DNA of 64,000 nt, taken from Longimicrobiales bacterium (GTDB taxonomy: Bacteria; Gemmatimonadota; Gemmatimonadetes; Longimicrobiales; Gaopeijiaceae). Shown in pieces: positions 9,546-20,335 of the stretch. A model generated the notes under the pieces. That model had not been told where the DNA came from, searched no databases, and worked only from the letters and a program-made list of their open reading frames with translations. Made by a program: the position numbers and the translations under genes. The stretch is taken from NCBI GenBank assembly GCA_965197725.1, contig CBDANQ010000058.1:32001-96000 (forward strand). Reading direction: 5' to 3'. Numbering within the stretch: position 1 is the first letter of the stretch; each line of letters begins with the position of its first letter.

Positions 9546-11032
9546 TCGATGCCGTGCTGGGCAACCTGCGTGAGTACTGGATGGTGCACACGCTCCTGGC
9601 GCTCTACACCGTCATACTCGCGCACCACGCCTGGAGCGGGAACAAGAAGACCAAAGACCTTACCGACTACTACGTCGGGGGCCGCAGCATGGGCGGCTGG
9701 GTCATCGGTCTCTCGTTCTTCGCGACCTACGCGAGCACGAATTCGTTCGTGGGCTTCAGCGGCCGTACATACGACTGGGGGCTGCCCTGGCTGTTGTTCA
9801 TCCCCACGTCGGTCGCCTTTTGCCTCTTCGCGTGGATTGTCGTGGCTCCACGGTTGCGCAGCTTCACCGCGGAGATGGAAGCGCTGACGATCCCCGACTT
9901 CATCGGCTTTCGTTTCACCAGCACGCCGGCCCGGGTGTTCGCCGCGCTCATCGTCATCGCGGCCTCGCTCTTCTACATGACCGCAGTGTTCAAGGGCATC
10001 GGAAACCTGCTGGAGGTCTTCCTCGATATCCCGTACAAGCTCTCGATCGTCATAGTGTTCTTCATCGTCATGACCTACACGATGATCGGCGGCTTCATCT
10101 CCGTCGTTAAGACCGACGCGGTCCAGGGCGTCGTCATGATCATCGCTGCGCTGCTGCTCTTCTTCGGGACGGTGAACGCGGCGGGTGGCCTGGGTGCGAT
10201 CTCTGAGGTTAGGGCGCAGCCAGGCGGCGAGGCGCTCTTCACGTGGGGAGGCGGGGTCGCGATCCCGGTCCTGATCGGCACCATGGTCGCGAATCTCGTG
10301 AAGTTCGCGGTCGAGCCGCGTCAGCTGTCGCGCTTCTTCGCGCTGGAGGGCGACAAGGCGATCCGAACAGGTATGTGGGTGTCGTCTCTGACCTTCGCTG
10401 CGGTCTTTTCACTGCTGATCCCGGTTGGAATGTACGCTCGGCGGATCTTCCCCGACGGCATTGCGGACACCGACCTCGTGATCCCCAACCTGCTCGGCGA
10501 TGTCTTCGGGCTGGGCACGAGCTCATTTCTGCTGGTCGCAATGGTCGCCGCCGCGATGTCGTCACTCGACAGCGTCCTGCTCGTGATGGCATCGACCACC
10601 GAGCGCGACCTTGTAAGCATCGCCCGGCCCGGCCGCGGCGAAGAACAGGAGATGTTCTGGACGCGCGGCTGGGTGGCGCTCTTCGCGTTCATCACCATGC
10701 TGATCTCACTGAACCCGTTGGGCGGTATCGTGGAGTTGACAGCATTCAGCGGGGCGCTCTACGGTGCATGCTTCTTCCCCTCATTGGTGCTGGGACTGCA
10801 CTGGAAACGCGGGAACGGCGCCGCCGTGATCGCTTCCTTCGTGACCGGGATTCTCGTGCTCCTGGCCTGGAATCTCGTGCCGGGTTCCGAGATCGTGCAC
10901 GAGATCTTCCCTGCGATGGGGCTGTCCACGGGAGTCTATATCGGACTCGCGATGGCAACGGAAGACGCGGCGACCGAGGCAGTGGTAACGTTGATCGAGG
11001 GAGGCAGAAGGATCTCCGAGACGACATCGTAG
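9542..11032 (+). CDS. Sodium:solute symporter (SSS; PutP/PanF-like)
   Basis: YYVGGRSM, GG...VVKTDAVQG, AAAMSSLDS, ~13 TM; ATGA overlap with upstream gene. Confidence 0.92.
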   Translation: MIDAVLGNLREYWMVHTLLALYTVILAHHAWSGNKKTKDLTDYYVGGRSMGGWVIGLSFFATYASTNSFVGFSGRTYDWGLPWLLFIPTSVAFCLFAWIVVAPRLRSFTAEMEALTIPDFIGFRFTSTPARVFAALIVIAASLFYMTAVFKGIGNLLEVFLDIPYKLSIVIVFFIVMTYTMIGGFISVVKTDAVQGVVMIIAALLLFFGTVNAAGGLGAISEVRAQPGGEALFTWGGGVAIPVLIGTMVANLVKFAVEPRQLSRFFALEGDKAIRTGMWVSSLTFAAVFSLLIPVGMYARRIFPDGIADTDLVIPNLLGDVFGLGTSSFLLVAMVAAAMSSLDSVLLVMASTTERDLVSIARPGRGEEQEMFWTRGWVALFAFITMLISLNPLGGIVELTAFSGALYGACFFPSLVLGLHWKRGNGAAVIASFVTGILVLLAWNLVPGSEIVHEIFPAMGLSTGVYIGLAMATEDAATEAVVTLIEGGRRISETTS

Positions 11033-11074
11033 TAGCAGTCAACACTACCCGCTCCCTAACCCTACGGACTGACC

Positions 11075-12655
11075 CTGAGCACGCTCACCCTTGCAGAACA
11101 TCAAGCCGATATCCTCGGCTCCCTTCGGCGCCTCAAAGGCCGAGGCACCGTGGGGGATGTGGTGGCGGACTGCGGCCTGGCTGGCGACGACGTCCGCTCG
11201 GGACTCAAGGTGCTGCTGGAGTCTCACCAGGGGCACCTAGCGGTCTCCGACTCCGGCGAACTGCTCTACGAGTTCGACGAGAAGCTGATCGTTCGCGGAA
11301 CGGAGCCGGTGCTCGCCCGCTTGAAGCGCACCGCGACCGATCTGTTCACGAAGGGCTTCAAGGCGACAATAGTCATCGTGCTGGTCGTCTACTTCCTCGT
11401 CTTCGTGGCGCTGGTGATCGCCGCGCTCTTGGCGAACAGGAACAGCAACTCCCGGGGGGGCGGAGTCCTGGGCGGACGGAGAGGCAGGGGTCACAGCCAC
11501 TTCTCCTTTGGCAACTTTTGGCTCTGGTACTACATCTGGACGCCGCGCTGGAGGCTTGGCCGACCATACTACGGCCACCGCTGGGAGGGCACGCTCGCCA
11601 AGGAAGACCGACCGCCCTTCTACAAGAAGGTCTTTGCTTTCGTGTTCGGGCCGGATAAGCCGAACCCGACTCAGAGCCAGTTGGATCGCAGCACGATCCA
11701 TCTGATCCGGGCTCGCAAAGGAGTCATCACGACGGCTGAGCTCGTGGAGCACACCGCGCTCACGTTCCCGGAGGCCGAGGATGAGATGGGACGGCTCCTG
11801 GGCGCCTACGACGGCGAGGCGGCAGTCTCACCGGACGGCGAGCTCGTATACGCCTTCCCTGGACTCATGCTCAGCGCACACGAGACGAAGGCGCGCGAGC
11901 CGAATCCCGCGTGGTTGAGGCTCGAGCACAAGCAGGAGCTGACCGGTAATACCGCCGGCTCAAACGCGGTCGTCGCGGGCATGAACGGCTTCACGCTGGT
12001 GGCAGCCGCAACCGCACCCTGGTTCATCTTCCCTCGGCTCGGCATCGGTGGTCCAGCCGCGTTCGTCGGGCTGGTCCTTATACCTCTCGTATTCAGCGTC
12101 GTCTTCTACGGAGTCCCCTTCTTGCGGATGTGGGGAGTTACGCGGGAAAACAAACGGCGGGACACGCAGAACATAAGGCGGGTGCTGCTAGGTCTGGTCT
12201 ACAGCCGATCTTTGGATGGGGAGCGGGACGTCGGCACGGCAGAAGCCTACGAGCACGTGGTCAGCCGCCTGAAGTCACAGGTCGTCAGGCGGGCGGACGT
12301 CGATGCGGCGCTTCAGACGTTGGCGGCCGAGCTCGACGCGGAAGTGGCGGTCGATGACGCCGGAGATACGAGGTACCGCTTCGGGGCCCTTCGCCAGCAG
12401 TTCACCGCCAGTGAGACCGTGCGGAGGAAGTTGAAGCTCGAAAACCGGACGCTGGGGGAGATCGTCTTCTCTACCAGCGACTCGGCCATCGAAGCCGGGG
12501 AACGTGAACTCGCTCTTTTCGATCGCGGGCTCAAGGACGGTGAGGCCGATTTCGACCGGTACCTCCCTGCGCTCGACAAGATCGGATTCGAGGACGACTA
12601 CGAGCTCGTTGCGTTCGATGAAGAGTTGAAGCAACGGGGTCTCATCAAGGCGTAG
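11075..12655 (+). CDS. Conserved membrane protein resembling the cyanobacterial/plastid At5g03900-like family
   Basis: Frame is open upstream of track start 11150 (LSTLTLAEHQADILGSLRRLKGRGTVGDVVADCGL); GHLAVSDSGELLYEF, VFAFVFGPDKPN, second DGELVYAFP repeat; start uncertain. Confidence 0.7.
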   Translation: MSTLTLAEHQADILGSLRRLKGRGTVGDVVADCGLAGDDVRSGLKVLLESHQGHLAVSDSGELLYEFDEKLIVRGTEPVLARLKRTATDLFTKGFKATIVIVLVVYFLVFVALVIAALLANRNSNSRGGGVLGGRRGRGHSHFSFGNFWLWYYIWTPRWRLGRPYYGHRWEGTLAKEDRPPFYKKVFAFVFGPDKPNPTQSQLDRSTIHLIRARKGVITTAELVEHTALTFPEAEDEMGRLLGAYDGEAAVSPDGELVYAFPGLMLSAHETKAREPNPAWLRLEHKQELTGNTAGSNAVVAGMNGFTLVAAATAPWFIFPRLGIGGPAAFVGLVLIPLVFSVVFYGVPFLRMWGVTRENKRRDTQNIRRVLLGLVYSRSLDGERDVGTAEAYEHVVSRLKSQVVRRADVDAALQTLAAELDAEVAVDDAGDTRYRFGALRQQFTASETVRRKLKLENRTLGEIVFSTSDSAIEAGERELALFDRGLKDGEADFDRYLPALDKIGFEDDYELVAFDEELKQRGLIKA

Positions 12656-12740
12656 CAGCCCGTGGTGCCCACAGCTTGTGGTTATTCCCCTTCTCGATGC
12701 GTCGTATGATGAAACGGTGGCTGGCTTCAGAGGTGAGGAG

Positions 12741-13130
12741 ATGATGATGATGAAGAGGACATTGACGTCGCTCGCGGCGCTAGTGGTGATCACGGCCTGC
12801 GCGACACCCGGACGGGTGGTTGAGCATCAAGAACCCTTCACGAGGGAGCCTGTCGGTGAGGAACGCATCCGGGTTCAGGTGCATAACGACAACTTCATGG
12901 ACGCGCGCCTCTATGCACTCGGACCGGGCACGCGCCACTATCTCGGCGTCGTCGGCGGCAAGCAGCAAGTGGTGGTGGACATCCCGTGGGATATCAGCCA
13001 GCCTCTGCGCATCGAGATCGACATGCTTGCCGGTCGCAAGTGCATCACGCGTATCATCCAGACCGACCCCGGCGACCTGCTCGAACTTAGGATCGAACCG
13101 GTGTTCTCGAGCAGCAGCCTCTGCTCGTAG
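12741..13130 (+). CDS. Hypothetical lipoprotein
   Basis: GAGGAG RBS, signal peptide with lipobox VITA-C. Confidence 0.75.
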   Translation: MMMMKRTLTSLAALVVITACATPGRVVEHQEPFTREPVGEERIRVQVHNDNFMDARLYALGPGTRHYLGVVGGKQQVVVDIPWDISQPLRIEIDMLAGRKCITRIIQTDPGDLLELRIEPVFSSSSLCS

Positions 13131-13202
13131 CGACCTGGGGGCGTTGCGCGCCGGTCGCTAGAAAGCTGAGAGGCGGCCCGCTTTATTTATGCAACAGCCT
13201 TC

Positions 13203-14381
13203 TTAGTCGTAGAGCAGGTGGGCTGCGACGCTGTCGCGGAAGTCGGCGAGTTCCCGATCGATACCGTGCAGGATTTCGTCGACGGTAGCGCCCGAGTCCA
13301 CACCTGTACGCAATCCGTCGTGCCCCCAGAGAATGTCGATGGGAGCGAGCTTCTCTTCGTACTCGTACGGTGGGGCCCGCCACGCGAACCCGTCCGGCGT
13401 CAGCTCCTTCGCGGCGCTGAGGAGCGCTACCGCCGTGCGTACCGGCTCGAACGTTTGGGCATCCGTGACATGGAGTTGCGCGCCTCCGCACATGGTGCGC
13501 GCGTGTTTTTGGAAGGACGGTTCGAAGTGGCAGGGTCGAAACCGTACCCCGGGTAGCTGGTGCCCCTTGAGCCGTTCTACGAGAGCGCGGGCGTCGAGAC
13601 GCGGCGCGCCTACGAGCTCGAACGGTCGTGTCGTGCCTCTCCCCTCCGAGAGGTTGGTGCCCTCGACCAGGACCATGCCCGGATAGACGTCACAGGAGTC
13701 GACCGTCGGCAGATTGGGGCTGGGCATCACCCAGGGTAGTCCCGTGTCGTGCCACCTCATCCACCGGCGAAGCCCTGCGCAGGCCACGACCTCGAGCTCG
13801 CACCCGATTCCGCGCACATCGTTGAGCCAGAGCGCCAACTCTCCACACGTGAGGCCGTGCCGGAGCGGTACGGGATGCAGGCCTACGAAGGACTCGAAGC
13901 CCGGGCGGAGCACGGGACCCTCGCGGCGATCGCAGGCGATGGGGTTGGGGCGGTCCAGCACCACGAAGCGCACACCGGCCTCGGCGCACGCCTGCATTGC
14001 AAGCGCCATCGTCCACACGAAGGTGTACACCCGGACCCCTACGTCCTGTAGATCGAAGAGGACCGCGTCGAGCCCGTCTAGCATCTCGGGGGTGGGCCTT
14101 CGGACCTCGCCGTACAACGAGTGCACGGGCAGGCCGGTCACCGGGTCGGTGTAGTGCTCCGACTCGATCATGTTGTCCTGCTTTTCTCCGCGCGCCCCGT
14201 GTTGCGGCCCGAAAAGCGCACGCACGTCGAAGTCCGCGGCCAGCAGCGCGTCCGCGGAGAAGGTCAGATCCGACGCCACGGACGCCGGGTGCGCGATCAG
14301 GCCGCACGGGATTCCGCGTAGGTGGTCGGCCCCGCCCGCGAGGACCCGGTCGATGCCCGTACGGACGCGGACCCGGCTCAA
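13203..14381 (-). CDS. namZ: Exo-beta-N-acetylmuramidase NamZ (DUF1343)
   Basis: LFGPQHG, DLQDVGVRVYTF, LDRPNPI, PSPNLPT, EGTNLSEGRGTTRPFE; probable TTG start 14381. Confidence 0.9.
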   Translation of the reverse strand: MSRVRVRTGIDRVLAGGADHLRGIPCGLIAHPASVASDLTFSADALLAADFDVRALFGPQHGARGEKQDNMIESEHYTDPVTGLPVHSLYGEVRRPTPEMLDGLDAVLFDLQDVGVRVYTFVWTMALAMQACAEAGVRFVVLDRPNPIACDRREGPVLRPGFESFVGLHPVPLRHGLTCGELALWLNDVRGIGCELEVVACAGLRRWMRWHDTGLPWVMPSPNLPTVDSCDVYPGMVLVEGTNLSEGRGTTRPFELVGAPRLDARALVERLKGHQLPGVRFRPCHFEPSFQKHARTMCGGAQLHVTDAQTFEPVRTAVALLSAAKELTPDGFAWRAPPYEYEEKLAPIDILWGHDGLRTGVDSGATVDEILHGIDRELADFRDSVAAHLLYD

Positions 14382-14685
14382 GAGCCTAGTGTCCTGTCCC
14401 ACCGGAATGCTCGGTGAGCGAGTCGACGTACACCGGAACGGCACCCCCCAGCGCGTCGCGCGATTAGCCCGACACCGCTGCCGAGAAGGCGAGCGTCGAG
14501 AGAACTACCAGGAGCACGGCGAGCCGCCGCACGTTCTCGAGCTTCATAGCTGTGGAATCATCAGAGAGGTTGAAGCGGAGCCCGAGAATGGGCACCGGGG
14601 CTGAGCCCCGCTACCCCGGTCGTCATTCGGGTCCGGACGTCGCGACTGGATCAACTCAGACCGGAGTGGGTTCCCTTGTCGGGGC

Positions 14686-14910
14686 CTACATCCGAAACCG
14701 TTCTTGAATCACGCAAATCGATGCCAACAGCAGGAGAAGCGAATCCATCGAACCGTCCTTGCCCGGCCCCAAATCTGGAAGCGAATCGAGTAGACGCACT
14801 ACCGCGGTCCGATCCAGAAACGGCACAGCTGAAGTCCCAGCGCCGCGCAGCGTGTCCTGGACGAGTTCATTGAGCGGGCTGCCCTTAAGCGCCCCGGTAG
14901 GAGGCGGTGG
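14686..14910 (-). pseudogene. C-terminal remnant of asparagine synthase (AsnB-like)
   Basis: LNELVQDTLRG...PFLDRTAVVRLLD...LASICVIQERF resembles AsnB C-termini; rest of gene absent. Confidence 0.55.
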
Positions 14911-14984
14911 ATACGTATGATGACGTAGCGAGAGTCCCAAGATGACGTCCACCCGGGCGAGCGAGCGGAGCCCCTGGCATGCGA

Positions 14985-15434
14985 TCAAGCTGTGCTGGGC
15001 GGGCCGGTCTCGTGGGCGTCGAGGAAGCGAGCCGCTATGTCAGGCGTCGGCGTCATGCAGGTGGCTCTCCGACCGAACCACCGGTAACGATTGCGTGCGA
15101 CTAGGTCATATGTCGCGTCTCGGATTGGACGCGGCAGGACGATTCCCAGCCGGAGCAGCGCGAACGGGCGGCCAAGTCCCCGCGCGATTCGCAGGGCCGC
15201 CGCCGACCGAGTGTGAACGCCGTCCGAGTCGAGCAGGACGATACTGTCCGGGAGCGCGTCGATCTCATCCCGGCCCAAGGCCTTCTCCAGCTCTCGACGA
15301 GCAGCGTCTGACTGGAGGGACGCGAAATAGAATCGTCGGTCCTTGTCGCGCTCGATTACCCACTGGACCGCCGAGTTGCAAAGGTTGCAGACTCCGTCGA
15401 AGAGAATGACGGGACGTTGTGGTCGGCGGTCCAC
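14985..15434 (-). CDS. DCC1-like thiol-disulfide oxidoreductase (DUF393)
   Basis: FDGVCNLC, FASLQS, RDATYDLVARNRYRWFG; GTG start overlaps upstream TAG. Confidence 0.9.
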   Translation of the reverse strand: MDRRPQRPVILFDGVCNLCNSAVQWVIERDKDRRFYFASLQSDAARRELEKALGRDEIDALPDSIVLLDSDGVHTRSAAALRIARGLGRPFALLRLGIVLPRPIRDATYDLVARNRYRWFGRRATCMTPTPDIAARFLDAHETGPPSTA

Positions 15435-18140
15435 TAGTTCCCGCCGCGCGCGACGAAGATCGGCGTGCTGTGCTCGGTGCCGTTCACCGTCAGCACAGCC
15501 GTGTACTGCCCGGGCTGCACGGTGTTGGCACGCCGTCGGAATCCGCCACCACCGCCACCACCCTGATGGGCGCCCATGCGGTCGAGTCGCCACTCGATCT
15601 GGCTCAGGCCTGCGGAACCACTCGCCTCGAGAACGTTCACTGTCCTGCCCTGGCTGTCCTGCACCTCCAGCGTGATGTCGGCATCCGCACCGAGCCAGTA
15701 GTGCACGTACGCGCTCTGAACGTTTCCGCCGAAGCCTCCAGACTCACCACTGGGAACCACGCCATCTTCGGCACCGAATACGTGCGCGCTCGAAGCGACG
15801 ACCGCCGGGGTGAGCTGTTGGAGCTGGCGGACATCGCACGCGAACATGCCGCGACCGTGGGTCGCCGCGACCATGATGTCCTCCCGGGGATGGATCACGA
15901 GGTCGTGCACGAACGTGCTCGGCAGCTCATGGCTGAGGGCATGCCACTGCTCGCCCTGGTCCAGCGACACGTAGACCCCGACGTCGTTCCCGGCATAGAG
16001 GATGTTGTCGTTCTTCGGGTCCTCGCGGATGATGTTCACCGGCCCGAAGGGGATGCCGTTCGCGATGCTCTTCCACGTTCGGCCGTAGTCGGTGGACTTC
16101 CACACGTAGGGGGCGAAGTCGTCACTGCGACGTCCGTTCTGTGTCACATACACCGTGCCCTCGTCGAGGCGCGACGCCACCACCTCGGAGGTGAAGCGGT
16201 CGGAGTGCAGACCCCGCGACACATCCATCCAGGCCCCACCGTCGTTCATGGTCACATGAACCCGACCGTCGTCCGTGCCCGCGTAGAGAAGGCCCTGTCT
16301 GATGGGTGACTCCGAGAGCGCAACGATGGTCTGGAACTGGATGTCGCCAATACGGTCGACATCGTTGTGCGACAGGTCCGGGCTGATGCGCCGCCAGTCG
16401 TGGCCCTGATTCGTCGACTTGAAGACAAAGTTCATGCCGTGGTAGATGGTGTTCGGGTCGTGCGGCGAGATGATGAAGTGCGCCAACCACTGACCTCGGA
16501 GCGGCGGTTCGCCCGGGCCGGCACTCGGCATGATCGACGTGTTCTCGCCCGTCTCGAGGTTACGGCGTGCGATCGAACCGTAGAAGCCCGCCGAATAGAC
16601 GAGGTTCGGGTCACGCGGGTCGATAGCATGGTGGCTGCCCTCGCCGCCCGGCGCAGAATCGAACTCGACCGCGGGAATGCTGTGGCGCCCGCTGCTCAGG
16701 TCGACGATGCCACTGTATGAGCCGTGGTCCTGCACCGATCCGTACACCCGGAACGGTAGCCCGAGATCGTAGTTCACGTTGAAGAACTGGACCATCGGAA
16801 GCCCACGGAAGAAACGCCAGTTCTCGCCGGCGTCGTAGGAGACGTACGCGCCTCCATCGTTGTTGTTGACGAGGTAATCGGAGTTGTTGGGGTCGATGTA
16901 CAGTCCGTGGTGATCAATGTGCATGCCGGTCAGCCGCGTGAACGTGGCGCCACCGTCGTCCGAGACGTTCAGACCTAGACCCATGACGTAGATCTTGTCC
17001 GAGTCGTTCGGATCGACCCGAATCTGGCCGAACACACCACCCATACGTGCTGGCCAGATTCTCCATGAACTCGTTGTGCTCGCTCATCCTCCGCCACGAG
17101 GAGCCGCCGTTGTCGGACCGGAACACGGTCGCGCCGCGAATCACACCGCCACGGGGCCGTCCGTAAGTATCGACCTCAGCGCTCGCCCCGCCTTCGCGCG
17201 CGATCTCGTAGTTGTCGACGAACGCATAGATCGTCTCGGGCTGCGAGCGCGCGATGTCGATGCCGATCCGGCCGCGGTACCGGGCCTCGGGCAACCCGTT
17301 GTTCACTTGCTTCCAATTCGTGCCCCCGTCCGTGCTCTTCCAGACACCGGAGCCGGTGAAGTAGTCGGTCGATTGCGTGAACGCCGGCTCGTTGCGCGGA
17401 TCGTTGAATTTCGCCCGCCGCCGCTGCCACGTCGCCGCATACAGTGTGTTCGGGTCGTTCGGGTGGATGACCAGGTCGATGGCTCCGGTCATGTCGTCGA
17501 CGTAGAGCACGTTCTGCCAGGTCTGGCCACCGTCGGTCGTCCGGTAGACGCCGCGCTCCGGATTGTCGCGATACTCGTGACCGCTCGCGGCCACCCAGAC
17601 GATGTCCGGGTTGTTGGGGTGCACGACGACACGCGCGATGGTCTGCGTCTCAGTGAGCCCCTTGTGTGTCCAGGTCTCGCCCCCGTCCGTCGTCTTGTAG
17701 ATGCCCGCGCCGGCGTGCGAGCTGCGGAAGATGTTCGCCTCACCGGTACCGACCCAGACGATCTCCGGGTTCGACGGGCTGATGGCGATGTCCCCGATGG
17801 AGGTCGTGAGCTGTTCGTCGAAGAGCGACGTCCAGGTCACGCCCTCGTTCTCTGTTTTCCACAGGCCGCCCGAGGCGCCTCCGACATACATCGTGTACGT
17901 CTCGCCCCGGGGCTCTGGGACCGCGATGTCCGTCGATCGACCGCTGATGTTCGTCGGCCCGAGGTGCTGCCACGGCAGCGTGGAGAAGAGGGACCCTTTG
18001 ACCATCGCCCGGTGTTGTTCGAAGGCCTCCAGTCGCTCGGTGGCCGACATGCGCTCACTCTGGGCGGCGATCGGAGCGGACGGCGGGATGGTGAGCAAGG
18101 CCGTCCGGAGCAGGACGAAGCTGATGCGCCTGGTGTTCAT
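15434..18140 (-). pseudogene. Secreted VPS10/BNR (Asp-box) beta-propeller glycosyl hydrolase, one frameshift
   Basis: Signal peptide, GPTNISGR, many STDGGxTW Asp-boxes; frames 16914-18140 and 15434-17044 join as YGW/VFGQIRVDP with 1 extra base near 17036. Confidence 0.85.
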
Positions 18141-18281
18141 GACATGGAGCCGGTCGAGCTACCGAAATCAGGACTGCGGCACTCCGCCGCCGGAGTCGGA
18201 AACGTATGAGCCGCGCTTTCCGCCACGCCAGGGGGCGTAGTAGCTTGGACAGACGCCCGAGCGGTAGACCGGAACTCCCAC

Positions 18282-19946
18282 ATGCCGACCCCAACCAGAT
18301 CTCTGTTCCTCCTTCTCGCGACCACCGCCTTCGTGGCATGCGGCGCCCAGCCGATCGAAGACCCTGAGGAGGCAGAGGAGCACCAGCGGATGCACGCCCT
18401 TCTCGACCAGTACGCGACCGTCCGCCTCGCGGCCGACGTCTCGCACCTCTCCGCCGACGACCAGGAGGTCGTCCGTCTCCTTATCCAGGCCGTGCAGCCC
18501 ATGGACGACGTCTTCTGGTATCAGGCCTACGGCGATCGGAGAGCTGCGGAGGAGCTGTCGCACGGTGACCCGGCGACGCTGGAGTATCTGCGGGTCAACT
18601 TCGGGCCGTGGGATCGACTGCACGGAGATGAGTCGTTCATCGAGGACGTCGGCGCCAAGCCCGCCGGAGCCAACTTCTATCCACGAGCCATGACCTCGGA
18701 GGAGTTCGACGCCGTGGTCGTGGACAACCCGGAGTTACGGAGCCTCTACACGCTCGTCCGTCGTGACGAATCGCTTGGACTCGTCGCTGTGCCGTATCAC
18801 GAGCAGTTCGCCCAAGCGCATGCGGATGCAGCCGCGAAGCTCAGGGAGGCGGCTGAGCTCGCGAGTGATCCGGGGCTCGCCCACTATCTGCGCCTGCGCG
18901 CCGACGCTCTTGAGACGGACGACTATCGGGCGAGCGACATGGCGTGGATGGACATGAAGGACAACCCGATCGACGTGATCATCGGACCCATCGAGACGTA
19001 CGAAGATCAGCTCTATGGATACAAGGCCGCACACGAGGGCTATGTGCTGATCAAGGACATGAAGTGGAGTGGGAGGCTGTCCCGGTTTGCGGCGCTGCTG
19101 CCGAGTCTCCAGCAGGGCCTACCGGTCGACGCACGCTACAAGGCTGAGGCCCCCGGCACCGACTCCGACCTGAATGCGTACGACGTCGTCTACTACGCGG
19201 GGGACGCGAACGCGGGCTCGAAGACGATCGCGATCAATTTGCCGAACGACGAGCGGGTGCAGCTCAGGAAGGGTACGCGACGCCTTCAGCTCAAGAACGC
19301 GATGCAGGCCAAGTTCGATCAGATCATGGTCCCGCTCGCCGAACAGCTGATCCCTGAAGACCAACGTGTCCACGTGACCTTCGATGCGTTCTTCGGCAAC
19401 ACGATGTTCCACGAGGTCGCGCACGGGCTCGGTATCAAGAACACCCTGGGGGGCCATGGCACCGTGCGGACCACGCTGCGGCAGCACGCGTCACCCATGG
19501 AGGAAGGAAAAGCGGACGTCGTCGGGCTCTATATGGTCACGCAGCTCTTCGAGCGTGGCGAGCTGACGGAGGGCTCGATCGAGGACCACTACGTGACGTT
19601 CCTCGCCGGGATCTTCCGCTCCGTGCGTTTCGGCGCGTCGAGCGCGCACGGACAGGCCAACATGGTCCGTTTCAACTACTTCCAGGAGGAAGGCGCGTTT
19701 ACGCGCGACGAGGTATCCGGAACCTATCGCGTCGACTTCGACGCGATGCGCGCCGCAGTCGACGGCCTGAGCGAGCTGATACTGACGCTGCAGGGGGACG
19801 GTGACTACGAGGGCGTGGATCAGCTGATGGCTGAAAAGGGAGTCGTACCGCCAGAGCTACAGCGTGACCTGGACCGGCTCGACGCGCTGGGGATCCCGCG
19901 TGACATCGTGTTCGAACAGGGAATCGGGGTAGTGTTCGGCCGCTAG
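18282..19946 (+). CDS. Zn-dependent dipeptidyl peptidase III-like (M49) lipoprotein
   Basis: Lipobox FVA-C, IGPIETYED, AINLPND, HEVAHG, EEGKAD. Confidence 0.88.
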   Translation: MPTPTRSLFLLLATTAFVACGAQPIEDPEEAEEHQRMHALLDQYATVRLAADVSHLSADDQEVVRLLIQAVQPMDDVFWYQAYGDRRAAEELSHGDPATLEYLRVNFGPWDRLHGDESFIEDVGAKPAGANFYPRAMTSEEFDAVVVDNPELRSLYTLVRRDESLGLVAVPYHEQFAQAHADAAAKLREAAELASDPGLAHYLRLRADALETDDYRASDMAWMDMKDNPIDVIIGPIETYEDQLYGYKAAHEGYVLIKDMKWSGRLSRFAALLPSLQQGLPVDARYKAEAPGTDSDLNAYDVVYYAGDANAGSKTIAINLPNDERVQLRKGTRRLQLKNAMQAKFDQIMVPLAEQLIPEDQRVHVTFDAFFGNTMFHEVAHGLGIKNTLGGHGTVRTTLRQHASPMEEGKADVVGLYMVTQLFERGELTEGSIEDHYVTFLAGIFRSVRFGASSAHGQANMVRFNYFQEEGAFTRDEVSGTYRVDFDAMRAAVDGLSELILTLQGDGDYEGVDQLMAEKGVVPPELQRDLDRLDALGIPRDIVFEQGIGVVFGR

Positions 19947-20111
19947 CCATGCGGTAGTAGGCTTCCGCTGAGCCTGCCGAGGCCTTCCTTCATCCAAGGA
20001 GTGGGACTGGGCCATGTGGGTTCAGGGCCAGTCCCGAATCGAAGTGCCGAGGTTGTCCGCGGAAGAAGGCAGCATAGAGGCAACCCCGAAGAACGATTCG
20101 ATCACATACCC

Positions 20112-20206
20112 GTTCCTGAGCCCGGAACTTGCCGAATGGGGATGAGGCCCGCGAGCCGCATGCGCGCCAACAGCTCGGCGTCGATGTCGTCACCCTTGTA
20201 GTTCGA
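20112..20206 (-). pseudogene. Possible amidase-signature family remnant
   Basis: NYKGDDIDAELLARMRLAGLIP/FGK resembles the DSELVARLRAAGxIxxGK amidase segment; degenerate. Confidence 0.35.
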
Positions 20207-20335
20207 CGGGGCATGCACTTCATGGAGATCTCATCTCATGGTGGTCGAGTGTGCGCCGGATAGAGTCGGGCGACCTTTGTCGGTGCCCAAACGCTTCCGT
20301 TGCGCAGAGCCTGGGGGCGGGCCTAGCGTGATCAC

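Noticed and set aside
14386..14547. Small membrane protein MKLENVRR...
   Set aside because: Stops after 27 codons and needs frameshifts to extend; too weak to call
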